Assembly: GCA_026134085.1 (NCBI GenBank)
Contig: JAOQIN010000002.1
Coordinates: 4,859-68,858, forward strand
Direction of reading: 5' to 3'
DNA: 64,000 nucleotides
Source of the DNA: Candidatus Methanoxibalbensis ujae
Lineage (GTDB): Archaea; Halobacteriota; Syntropharchaeia; Alkanophagales; Methanospirareceae
The position numbers and the translations under genes are program-made. Of this stretch, positions 27,175 through 36,732 are shown one piece after another (the first letter of the stretch is position 1; each line of letters begins with the position of its first letter). The notes under the pieces are model-generated. The model did not search any database. It was not told the origin of the DNA and worked only from the letters and a program-made list of their open reading frames with translations.

Positions 27175-29685
27175 TCATGAATCACTCGTCTGATATTCGG
27201 AGGAGAGTATAAGCCTTATCCGCTCAGCCTTGGCCTTTCCAATGCCTTCAACGCGCAGCAGTTCTTCAGCTGATGCGTTGAATATGCGCTCAACGGATTT
27301 GAAATGTTTCAGCAGTTTTCTTGCTGTCTGTATGCCGACATTGGGCAGTGATGTCACGATGAACTCCTGCTGTTCCCTCAATGAAGCGTCTGATGATGGC
27401 TTTTTCCGCAGTGCTCTCACTGCTTTCCTCCGTTCTTCCTGCTCACGCCTCGCGAGCATGTATATGAGAGATGCTGTGTCTATCTCATCTCTTGTCTGAA
27501 GAATGGGCACAGAAAAGTCGACAGCGATGGCTGCGAGCACGCCACGGATGACATTTGGAGACACATCACGCATCCCATAAAGCGGTTCATCACCTTCCAG
27601 CACGAGCAACGCCTTCTCATATGTTGAGCGCAATTGCTGAACCTGACGAAGCAAATCTCTTCTGTCACTCAGAAGTGAGTCAAAAAAATCACGCACAGTC
27701 TTTCTCTCCACGCACAGCCTTTCCGATATGACATAATCGCCAACTTCCAGCTGCTCAAACCGCACATTCACACCTGCTCTCCGCAGAAAACCTGCGACTG
27801 AAGAACGGCTTTCTCTGTGATCAACAATAACAGTCAGGCGAAAAAAATCGCTCAGCCTCCTCTGTCCCGCCCGCTCCCTCTCCTTTTCCTGCTCCTGCTC
27901 CTGCTCATCTTTCCCGTCTTTCGCATTCCCGACATGCACATATTCGGCGTTGAGAGTTGCAGATGATGCGGCAGCAGATGATGTCGTGCTGTTATCAGCG
28001 GTGCCATGGGTGTTGCGCAATATGCGCCCGATTTCCTTCAGCTCGCTTATCATGCGACGCATCTCACGCTCCTTCCGCATGCTTCGCCAGTAATATGCCT
28101 CATCTTTCGTGCCTTTTGCTATGAGCACAACGACCCTTCCAAATCTCATTCTCCCCGTGCGACCTTTCCGCTGTATGCTGCGTATCGCGGATGGAATTGG
28201 CTCATAAAAAATTACGAGATCGGTTGACGGTATATCAAGACCCTCCTCGGCAACAGAAGTCGCGACAAGCGTGTTATAGACGCCTTTCTTGAAAAGCTCA
28301 ATAATCTCAACCTGCTCACGCTGCTTCAGGCCCTTCTCATCCCCCCTCGCAGACTGTCCGATGAATTTAACTGCTTTTATGCCCTCTTTCTCAAGATTAA
28401 GAGATTTAAATGCGTCCATTATCATATCAACAGTGTCCCTGAACTCGGCAAATATGATTATTCTTGTGTCAGGATTTCTTCTGATTTCATCTTTTACTAC
28501 ATTTATCAGCGTTTTAAGCTTGGGATGCTCTCCCTTATAGTTAAGGATTGTGACTATTGCGCTCACGAACTTCTCATCTTTGAACAGCCTTCTTGCAGCT
28601 TTGCTCCCTTTTTTTGATGACGCCTCATTGTTGAGCCGCTCAATGTATTTTCGGAGAGCAAAAACTCCTTCCGAGCCGAGGAGGTCTATCGCATGTCTTA
28701 TTTTCAGTGCTTCCGCCTGCAGTGAGAGCGCATGATAGAGGTCCTGATCCCCGGATGCCAATCTCTCCTTCAGATCCTCACCGAGCTCAAGCAGCTCCAT
28801 TTTTGTGCTGCCGCATCTGAAGCCAAGTTTCGCGAGCTCGTTCACGCGTTCTGCGAGGAGTTCCTCAAGGATGTGCTTCTGCTTTTTTATCTCAGATGGC
28901 ACCTCTATCTCTATCCATTCCACACGCTTCTCATGCACATAAGGCGCGACATCTGCATCATTTTCCGTCCTGCTCTCTATGACCTCAATTCCCAGCGCAT
29001 CACATATCTCAATTATACGCTCCTTTTCACTTCCGGGAGATGCTGTAAGACCGAGTATAATAGGTTTCTTGCCTCGCTTTGTCCTCTGTTCTCTGTATTT
29101 CTCAGCGATGAAAACATATGAATAGTTGCCAACCGCACGATGACATTCATCAAATATCAGCAGTGAGACATCTTCAAGACTGATTCTCGCAGCTAGAATG
29201 TCGTTCTCAATCACCTGCGGCGTTGATATCACGATCCTCCCATTCCTCCACAGATCAACACGCTTTTTCGCTGGAATGGCACCGGTCATAACATAGATAT
29301 GTTCTATCTTCAGAACATTTCGTAAGAAAGAAGCGTGCTGCTCAACAAGCGGTCTTGTCGGTGCAAGAAACAAAATTTTATCAAAACGATCACGAGCATG
29401 ATCACATCCTCCACCGCTTCTGCCATCTGTCTCATCACGCTGCCCAAGATGCTGCTGCAGCATCTCCTCAGATTCACAATTTTCAAGCAGTTCAAGTATG
29501 ACAAGTAGTGCAACAGTTGTCTTGCCAAGCCCGGTGGGCAGAACAACCATTGTTGACGATTTTTTCGCAACTTCAGCAATTGAAATCTGATACTCCCTCC
29601 TCTCAATAACGCCTTCTTTAAGCAGAGGATGCGAAATATATCGCGACCTTCGCACGCACATCACTCTTCCTTCTCCCGTTCTCAT
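27175..29685 (-). CDS. hef: Hef/XPF-type helicase-nuclease (DEAH helicase + ERCC4 nuclease + HhH2)
   Basis: PTGLGKT, DECH and QRKGRTGR helicase motifs, a VDHRE...GDY...ERK ERCC4 nuclease motif, and a C-terminal HhH pair. Confidence 0.85.
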   Translation of the reverse strand: MRTGEGRVMCVRRSRYISHPLLKEGVIERREYQISIAEVAKKSSTMVVLPTGLGKTTVALLVILELLENCESEEMLQQHLGQRDETDGRSGGGCDHARDRFDKILFLAPTRPLVEQHASFLRNVLKIEHIYVMTGAIPAKKRVDLWRNGRIVISTPQVIENDILAARISLEDVSLLIFDECHRAVGNYSYVFIAEKYREQRTKRGKKPIILGLTASPGSEKERIIEICDALGIEVIESRTENDADVAPYVHEKRVEWIEIEVPSEIKKQKHILEELLAERVNELAKLGFRCGSTKMELLELGEDLKERLASGDQDLYHALSLQAEALKIRHAIDLLGSEGVFALRKYIERLNNEASSKKGSKAARRLFKDEKFVSAIVTILNYKGEHPKLKTLINVVKDEIRRNPDTRIIIFAEFRDTVDMIMDAFKSLNLEKEGIKAVKFIGQSARGDEKGLKQREQVEIIELFKKGVYNTLVATSVAEEGLDIPSTDLVIFYEPIPSAIRSIQRKGRTGRMRFGRVVVLIAKGTKDEAYYWRSMRKEREMRRMISELKEIGRILRNTHGTADNSTTSSAAASSATLNAEYVHVGNAKDGKDEQEQEQEKERERAGQRRLSDFFRLTVIVDHRESRSSVAGFLRRAGVNVRFEQLEVGDYVISERLCVERKTVRDFFDSLLSDRRDLLRQVQQLRSTYEKALLVLEGDEPLYGMRDVSPNVIRGVLAAIAVDFSVPILQTRDEIDTASLIYMLARREQEERRKAVRALRKKPSSDASLREQQEFIVTSLPNVGIQTARKLLKHFKSVERIFNASAEELLRVEGIGKAKAERIRLILSSEYQTSDS

Positions 29686-30667
29686 TCCGTTCTCATTCTA
29701 TTTATCAATGTGCAAGCGGCGTTTGTCTGTGCATTTCAGACTGCCTCCTAATAAAACCTGAGTGTATCTGAGCGAAAGAGCAACTCGCTCAATGGCAACT
29801 CTGTTTCTGCTTCTGGTGACCTCAATAGAGCCTCCAACGGACCTTCAAGGGATGTGCGAGGGGAGTGTGCATTGCTTCGCTCTCTGTCATCTGAGCATCT
29901 TCTCTCCACCCACACGAAAAATTTCCCTCCCCCTTCTATCCCGTATTTGGTATGCTGCAGTGCCTTATTGTACATTCAGTAATTTCCTTTTTCGCTTCGT
30001 TAGACATACTATCTTACGCCTGTCTTACTTTCATTCTGTATTGAGAAGACGGGGGTGCCCGCATTCCTGCTCTTTCACACTTTATCCTGCCTCATAAGGA
30101 AGGGAAAGGAAATGAGGATATATACCGCAAAGTCAGAGAGGAGACGAAGTTGCCGACGGTTTTAGCATAAAACGCAGCAGAGCGATATCTTTCGTAAGTA
30201 GGAAAGAGAAGGTATCTCTTCCAAGTTTCAAAGGGATGAGAAGTTTCAAAATCAAGCTTGCGATAATGTGTATCGCTTCTTGACACGAGAGAGCAGACAG
30301 GAATCATGCTTAGTTCTTCCGCAGATTCTTATAAAGCCAGAGAGCAACTTGTCCAAAGTGCGGAGCCGCACATCCTGCGGATACAAGCTTAACGATGATC
30401 TGATAGGAGTGAGCGCATGCAAGAAGTGGCGTCTAGTGGCGTCTGGCTGTATGCCTGATGATGGCTGTATGCCCGATGTCACGGGCTCACCGAGCCCCTG
30501 AGGGTGAGGTAGGCTCCATGCTGACAGAATCCCCCGGGATTCCCTTCTCAAGGGAGGTCACAGGGATGGAGAAACACTCTCTCTCGTGAGAACGAAGATA
30601 AGCTGTGAAGTTGCTTTTATTTTGAAAAACAAATTGTGCGAGGAAGAGGCTGATGGAGTGAGCTGAA

Positions 30668-31066
30668 ATGAAGGGGATAAGTGCGAAGGTCACGAGGGCT
30701 TTGCCAGTTGGAGCTACATTGGAATGTGCGGACAACACGGGTGCGAAGGTGCTGCAGATAATCGCGGTCATCGGCTACAGGGGCACACGCAGGAGATATC
30801 CCTCGGCGGGCGTCGGGGATATGGTTGTTGTGACTGTTAAAAAAGGGCGTCCTGAAGTCCGAAAGCAGGTGATGCGCGCTGTCATCATAAGACAGCGCAA
30901 GGAATACCGCAGACCCTCAGGCATGCGCATAAAGTTTGAAGACAATGCAGCAGTGATTGTTGACGACAAGGGAAACCCGAAAGGCTCTGAAATAAGAGGT
31001 CCGGTGGCAAGAGAAGCAGTTGAACGATTCTCAGAAATCGCATCTGCCGCCACAATCATCGTCTGA
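30668..31066 (+). CDS. rpl14: 50S ribosomal protein uL14
   Basis: 132 aa with CADNTGAK...VVIRQRK...FEDNAAVIV...ASAATIIV. It aligns end to end with archaeal L14. Confidence 0.95.
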   Translation: MKGISAKVTRALPVGATLECADNTGAKVLQIIAVIGYRGTRRRYPSAGVGDMVVVTVKKGRPEVRKQVMRAVIIRQRKEYRRPSGMRIKFEDNAAVIVDDKGNPKGSEIRGPVAREAVERFSEIASAATIIV

Positions 31067-31299
31067 TTCATATACGCCTCATGCCACGGTTCGATCTGCA
31101 TCACCTGAAGAACCTGAAGATTGACCCGGATCCTTTCTTTCCTTTCCATTTAACCTTTCAACCTGATTCACTCGTGACCTCCTCCTCACATGGCATCTCA
31201 GGGCACGGGGCACACCCTCCGTCCAACCATCCTCCCCTGCTCCTGTAACAGCAACAATAGAGGGGCGTAGGGAGTGGGATGCACGATTCAGGCGGTGGT

Positions 31300-31750
31300 G
31301 AGTGGAAATACTGCGGGGAGATAACCGTGAGGGAGAATTCTGGCGAACTTCAACTTTCAGATGCCTGTGGAACTGAACCAGTGACCTCTCAAAAGCGAAA
31401 TCTGACATATAGGAACCTCAACGGATGGTGAGGAGTTGAACTATTGGATTGAAGAAGGGGATGCCGGAGCGAAGAAGGCGAGAATATGGGTGAAAGTTCC
31501 CTCAACTCTGCGAATGGTGATGCTAAGTTTGGAAGTGTGGAGCGGAAAATGCAAACGCGATGTGCTGGAGAGCAAAAAGTTTTGTCCTTTATACAGGGCA
31601 ACAACCTTTATACGAGGCAACAAATATGACCACTGGGGCAATTATGCCGGTATTGGGCTCGGAAGGTATTCCTATTCTGTTACACTGGAAATTGATTATT
31701 TCTGTTATTAAGGGAGCTTTTGAAATTGAAAATGGGTTTTGAAATTGAAA
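31300..31750 (+). pseudogene. remnant of a DUF2341-like surface-protein gene
   Basis: PVELNQ*PLKSEI*HIGTSTDGEELNYWIEEGDAGAKKARIWVKVPS contains in-frame stops. Frameshifted ANGDAKF... follows. The YWIE..IWVKVP motif also recurs in the giant ORF. Confidence 0.4.
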
Positions 31751-32374
31751 ATGGAGATGGCGTAGATTGTTGTGCAGACTGAATAGTAAATGACGGGGAG
31801 AGAACAAAGTCTGGACAGATAAATTATTGTTTGAAAGGAGGAGTGCAGTACCATTCACCTCCTCTATACCTTCACAATCTATACCTGTTTAGGCGATAGT
31901 TATTTCAATAGTAACATTCAGTTGTATGTGGATTTATGTGGATTGGATTTTCATTCGCAAATACGCCTCTACCGAACCAACACTCGCACTATCCGCAGAA
32001 TATCTGACCCTCATTCCAATCCCACTCCACCTCCATCCACTCCAACCCCACTCTAACCCCACTCCAACACCCGCACCCACGAGGGCAAAATAAAAGCGGT
32101 CTGGCTCCCCTGACAGATACGACACCCGTTCAATGAACGGCCTGAAATCCGCAGGCATCCGTCTTCATAAGCACTTATGCATCAAACGCTCACACTCCAG
32201 GCGAATGCCTGTCTTTATTGATTGTTCACAACTTCTCAGATCGGGAATCGCTGCATGCGCAACACACTGTCGCTGCCCAGAAATGCATTATGTTCGGTCA
32301 CCGGAGCACAAGTATGGGAGGGAGATGGCACTTTCGAAAAAATTATAAAAGCAGCGCCAGAACAGAGAACGGAG

Positions 32375-33010
32375 ATGATGTCAGAGGAGGAAAGGAGGAA
32401 AAGGGAGCTGGAGAAGTTGAGAGAATGTGTGGAGCGATGCAAAAGATGTCCGCTGCATGCGATGCGAAAGAATGTTGTCGTCGGAGAGGGCTCTGCCGTT
32501 GCGGAGTTGATGATGATAGGGGAAGCGCCCGGATACAATGAGGATTTGCAGGGGCGTCCCTTCGTCGGAAAAGCGGGAAAGGTGCTTGACAGTCTGCTTC
32601 AGTCTATTGGTCTTGATCGTGCATCCGTTTATATATGCAATGTGCTGAAATGCAGACCTCCAAAAAACAGAGAACCATCAAAACATGAAATAGCTCAATG
32701 CACTCCTTTCCTCGATGAGCAGATCTCCATAATAAAACCGAGAATCATCGCAACACTCGGAAATTACTCAATGCAATACATATTTTCAAAATACAACATC
32801 CCAATATCCAAAATAAGCGAGATACACGGCAGCGTATATAAAGTGAGCACACTTGAAGGCTCAATTTTCATTGTGCCGCTTTATCATCCGGCAGTCGCTG
32901 TTTATAACATCAAAATGATGGATGTGCTTTTAGAGGATTTCAAAGTAATTCAGATGATAATGATGAACAATAAAAATAGATTAATCTCCGCTAAAAAAAG
33001 TATTAAATAA
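32375..33010 (+). CDS. udg: family 4 uracil-DNA glycosylase
   Basis: CKRCPLH...VVGEG...MMIGEAPG...GRPFVG...CRPP pattern. Start set at the MMSEE at 32375 rather than the upstream ORF start. Confidence 0.85.
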   Translation: MMSEEERRKRELEKLRECVERCKRCPLHAMRKNVVVGEGSAVAELMMIGEAPGYNEDLQGRPFVGKAGKVLDSLLQSIGLDRASVYICNVLKCRPPKNREPSKHEIAQCTPFLDEQISIIKPRIIATLGNYSMQYIFSKYNIPISKISEIHGSVYKVSTLEGSIFIVPLYHPAVAVYNIKMMDVLLEDFKVIQMIMMNNKNRLISAKKSIK

Positions 33011-33056
33011 AACAAATAAAAAAAGTTAAATAAAATAATATAACCAAAAAAAAACA

Positions 33057-34394
33057 CTACACAACATAAGAGAGCCATTTTCTTCCGAAATCATATTCTC
33101 TCAATCGCTCTTTTGCATTTTCTCTTTCCTCCTGATGTGTTTTCAGAAATTTAAGCATCAATTCTGCTGCGAGCTCTTTGCATGATCTGCATATTTTTCG
33201 TCCTGTTTTGCATTCTTCGTATATTTCGCGCATATAAGCGTCGTCTTCTATGAGATGAGTCATGAGAAGTTCATAGACTGCGCATTTTGCAGGCTCTCCG
33301 CCGTATTTTCGCTGTTCTTCTGCCGTTACTCTCCCTCCTGTCAGCGCTTTCTTCACCTTTCTCGCTGCTTCTTCCGGAGGTTCTGTCAGTGCGATCACGC
33401 TCTGCGGATTGCTTGATGACATTTTTCCACCTGTAAGACCTCTCATGAACTTATGATAGGTTGAAGAGGGCAGAAAAAATCCGTATCCCCCTCTCTCAAT
33501 CTCAACTTCCCTCACTATTCGCTCAATTTCTTTTATATCCCCATCCCCTGCCTCAAAATCAAAATCAATATGCCTCTCGTATTTTCTCGTCTCATAGGGC
33601 AGGCGAGATGCCAATTCATCCAGTGCGTCTTTCTCCGGTTTCTTCAGCCTGACACTTATGTAGTGACGCCCCTCAATAGTGCGTTTCTCAATGCTGAAAA
33701 TCCTCATTCTAGCAGCTACATCCCTGGTCAGACGAATATGAGGATCCTGATCCGCTCCCACAGGAACAACCGTCGGCTTCGGACCTCCAAAATCCGTGTG
33801 TTGCGGCTGCATTATGTCGGCGATCTGAACGAGAACGCTGAACATGTGTGCTATCTTCACATCAGAGCTGAATCCATATATCGCGCTCATCTCGCTCAGA
33901 CTCACCTCGGTGCCAGCCTCAATTGCGAGATCCTGCACCCTCCTGTTCTCAGACTGAAAATACAGAAAACCCCTGTCAAGATCAAAACCCAACGCCAAAA
34001 GGCTCAAAATATATTCGCCAACGCCTATTCGCTTGCATCTATCATATGGAATTCCTCTGACTGAATGAGATTCTATGTCGGCTATGCACGAAAATGCAGC
34101 CGCTCCTTTTCTCTGATGCCATATTATCTCGTCCATCACCATTTTATTGCCTATATGAACCTTTCCAGATGGCATAAATCCGCTTATAACTGCGAAATCT
34201 TCCTTTTTATTCATTGCAGAAAGCACAACATCGTAACCGCGATGACCGAAAATTATGCCTCTTCGCATGTATAAATGCGGGTCTTCTATCTTTGGCAGTA
34301 TCTCGGCGAACGGAGAGATGCCGAAATCCGTGAAAAGGCGCTCATAGTTCTCAATCTCACAGGAAACGCCCCATGGATCAATAAGATTCCTCAT
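33057..34394 (-). CDS. trpS: tryptophan--tRNA ligase (archaeal type)
   Basis: DPWG...NYERLFTDFG N-terminus, PSGKVHIGN (HIGH-like) and KMSSSNP (KMSKS). Confidence 0.85.
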   Translation of the reverse strand: MRNLIDPWGVSCEIENYERLFTDFGISPFAEILPKIEDPHLYMRRGIIFGHRGYDVVLSAMNKKEDFAVISGFMPSGKVHIGNKMVMDEIIWHQRKGAAAFSCIADIESHSVRGIPYDRCKRIGVGEYILSLLALGFDLDRGFLYFQSENRRVQDLAIEAGTEVSLSEMSAIYGFSSDVKIAHMFSVLVQIADIMQPQHTDFGGPKPTVVPVGADQDPHIRLTRDVAARMRIFSIEKRTIEGRHYISVRLKKPEKDALDELASRLPYETRKYERHIDFDFEAGDGDIKEIERIVREVEIERGGYGFFLPSSTYHKFMRGLTGGKMSSSNPQSVIALTEPPEEAARKVKKALTGGRVTAEEQRKYGGEPAKCAVYELLMTHLIEDDAYMREIYEECKTGRKICRSCKELAAELMLKFLKTHQEERENAKERLREYDFGRKWLSYVV

Positions 34395-34596
34395 TGCACG
34401 CTCCTCCTCGCGACTGCTCCTCTCCCCTCTCCTTCATCACCATACTCTCTTCTTTTTCCTCTCAATATTTTCCAAATCATCACTTTCACACTTTCATCCT
34501 TCCGGTTCCCCGCAGCTAAGAGCAAAGGCCCGCAGCCAAGAGCAAAGGTGATCATGCTTCCTCTGTTTCACTGGCACATTATGAGACTCTGATAAT

Positions 34597-34848
34597 CTAT
34601 CTCTCCCTCACTCTTATTTCATAATCATGAATAACGGGATTTGCAAGCAGTTTTTCGCACATCTCCTCCGCCTCTTTAAGCAGTATTCTACTGTCTTTAT
34701 TGCTTTCTATTTCAATGCTGAACACTTTCATCGTCCTCACGCGTCGCACATCATCAAATCCGAGCAGGTTAAGCGCTTTCCTCGTGTTTTCTCCTTCAGG
34801 GTCTGCGACGCCTTGCTTCAGTTTCACAATAACTTCAATAACAGGCAT
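34597..34848 (-). CDS. purS: phosphoribosylformylglycinamidine synthase subunit PurS
   Basis: An 83-aa product from MPVIEVIVKLKQGVADPEGENTRKAL matches the PurS length and pattern. The upstream part of the tracked 141-aa ORF is not needed. Confidence 0.85.
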   Translation of the reverse strand: MPVIEVIVKLKQGVADPEGENTRKALNLLGFDDVRRVRTMKVFSIEIESNKDSRILLKEAEEMCEKLLANPVIHDYEIRVRER

Positions 34849-34983
34849 TTCAGCCCTCCGATGCTTGATGTGGGACAGTGGCCGACGGCACTCTCTCTGC
34901 CCTGAGACAAGCAATGAGCGGGCCGTCTGCGCTGGAACAAAGAGCGAATGAAAGCGAATGAAGGCGAATGAAAGGAGAGGATG

Positions 34984-35250
34984 GAGTGAGGGTAGTAAGC
35001 CCCCTTCTGTTTCAGGTGGCATTTATCTATGCGCCACAAATGGCTTGCACCCACGGGGATGGTCGTTCCATCCGGAGCCATGCAACCTCATCCTTTCGGA
35101 ATCACCGTGCACGCATGGTCCGGTATCGTTTCTGCGCCAGAGCCAGGGCTCTCACCCTGTGCCTTTCGGCACCCGTGTTCATGCGGTGGGGGGACTTTCC
35201 TCAGCCCCTCTTCATCAATATCTGAGGGACCGGCAGCCACCCTCCCTCTC
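34984..35250 (-). ncRNA. rnpB: RNase P RNA (archaeal)
   Basis: The minus strand reads ...GGGUGGCUGCCGG-(P3 hairpin CCCUC..GAGGG)-CUGAGGAAAGUCCCCCC (CR-I) ... AUAGAUAAAUGCCACCUGAAACAGAAGGGGGCUUACUACCCUC (CR-IV/V). The ends are approximate. Confidence 0.8.
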
Positions 35251-35292
35251 TCCATCCTCTTTCTCTCTTCTTCTCTTATTTTCTTATTTTCT

Positions 35293-35410
35293 CTGATCTT
35301 ATTTGATTTTATCTGATTTTCTTTGATCTTATTTGATCCTATTTGATCCTCTTCGCTTTTCTTTGATCTTCTTTGATATGGATATGATAGATATGATTCG
35401 TTGATTCGTT
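35293..35410. repeat. about 11 tandem degenerate 10-bp units (YTGATYYTMT) with strict 10-bp phasing
   Basis: ctgatcttat ttgattttat ctgattttct ttgatcttat ttgatcctat ttgatcctct ... ttgatcttct ttgatatgga. The array lies between the ftsZ stop and the RNase P RNA 5' end. Confidence 0.7.
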
Positions 35411-35419
35411 ATATGATAA

Positions 35420-36523
35420 CTATCGGTATATGATGATGTCTGCGATGCCTCTCTCTGTATCACTGCGAGCGATTTTGTTGCGCTCGTGCTCCTCATAGAT
35501 CTTACTGCTGAACACCCACCTGGGCTCAACGCCCGTCATGATTGCAACCACTTTCACTCTGCCGTCATATTCCTTTTTTATGCGTGCGCCCCATATCACA
35601 TTTGCATCGCTGCTTAGTTCGTATGTCAGGAGTTCAACGATGTCATTTGTCTCCTTCATAGTCAGGTCTGAGCCGCCTGTGATGTGTATCAGTGCGCCTT
35701 TTGCGCCGCGGTAGTCAGCTTCAAGCAGTGGATGATTCAGTGCGTCTTCAACGACAGCTTCCGGCTTGTTCTCAGCTTTTGAAGTCTCGCCGACGAGCAT
35801 GACTGCGACGCCTCCCTCATCCATGACCGCTTTGAGATCGGCGAAGTCTATGTTCACGAGAGATGGCTGTGTGATTGTTTCGGAGATTCCCTGAATGGTT
35901 GTTGCGATGAGCATGTCCATAGCCTTGAACGCATCATTTACAGGCAGATTGCCGGCATATTTTATAAGCTTGTCGTTCTCAAGCACGATAACTGTGTCTG
36001 TGACGCGGCTGAGCTCCATTATGCCCTCTATCGCCTTTTTCCTGCGTATTCGCTCAGCTTCAAAGGGGAAAGAGACCATTGCAACGACGATTGCGCCCAT
36101 CTGCTTCGCCAGTTCTGCTATTACGGGAGATGCGCCAGTGCCTGTGCCGCCCCCCATTCCTGCTGTCAGAAACACGAAATGTTTTCCCCTGAATATCTCC
36201 TTCAGATTCTCTCTGTCAAGCTCGGCTGCCTTCCTCCCTATCTCAGGAGAGCCTCCAGTGCCGAGTCCGTGCGTCAGTGATTTTCCTATGAGGACCTTTT
36301 TCTCGCATCTGATGGAGTCAAGATGCAGCTTGTCTGTGTTTATTGCCACACGCTCTATATTCTGCAGACCACCAAGCCTCTCCAAACGGTCCATTGAATT
36401 GTTCCCCGCACCTCCAACGCCAACAACCGCTATCCTCGGAACACCAAACAGATCTCCCTCCTCCATCATCTCATCTGCAGGATATTCAACCGCCATTCTT
36501 CCCCCTCCTATGTGGATTTTCAA
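35420..36523 (-). CDS. ftsZ: cell division protein FtsZ
   Basis: GVGGAGNN and the GGGTGTG tubulin signature, 367 aa. Confidence 0.95.
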   Translation of the reverse strand: MKIHIGGGRMAVEYPADEMMEEGDLFGVPRIAVVGVGGAGNNSMDRLERLGGLQNIERVAINTDKLHLDSIRCEKKVLIGKSLTHGLGTGGSPEIGRKAAELDRENLKEIFRGKHFVFLTAGMGGGTGTGASPVIAELAKQMGAIVVAMVSFPFEAERIRRKKAIEGIMELSRVTDTVIVLENDKLIKYAGNLPVNDAFKAMDMLIATTIQGISETITQPSLVNIDFADLKAVMDEGGVAVMLVGETSKAENKPEAVVEDALNHPLLEADYRGAKGALIHITGGSDLTMKETNDIVELLTYELSSDANVIWGARIKKEYDGRVKVVAIMTGVEPRWVFSSKIYEEHERNKIARSDTERGIADIIIYR

Positions 36524-36732
36524 TCGCCCTTACGAGATGCAGCCTATATTAATGTTGCGAACATTTGCTTCTTTTTTGTATCTCCCGCGCTGCCATTGCA
36601 GCCAGCAACGGCGTGCGGATGCGCGGCATATGAGAGCGAGAGAAAGCGGGAAAAAAGGAAACAAGATAAATAGGTGCTCAGACGCAGAAGGTGATGAAAG
36701 GGTGAAAGAAAGTGATGAAAGGGTGAACCGGG

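Noticed and set aside
30440-30525. Possible C/D-box sRNA (TGATGA ... CTGA) upstream of rpl14
   Set aside because: Box spacing and the lack of C'/D' boxes and terminal pairing do not fit. The segment is mainly a 16-bp direct repeat (GGCTGTATGCCYGATG, twice).
34958-35316. ORFs 34958-35296, 34968-35225 and 35029-35316
   Set aside because: They overlap the RNase P RNA gene on the opposite strand. They have an unusual Pro/Ser/Cys-rich composition and no RBS.
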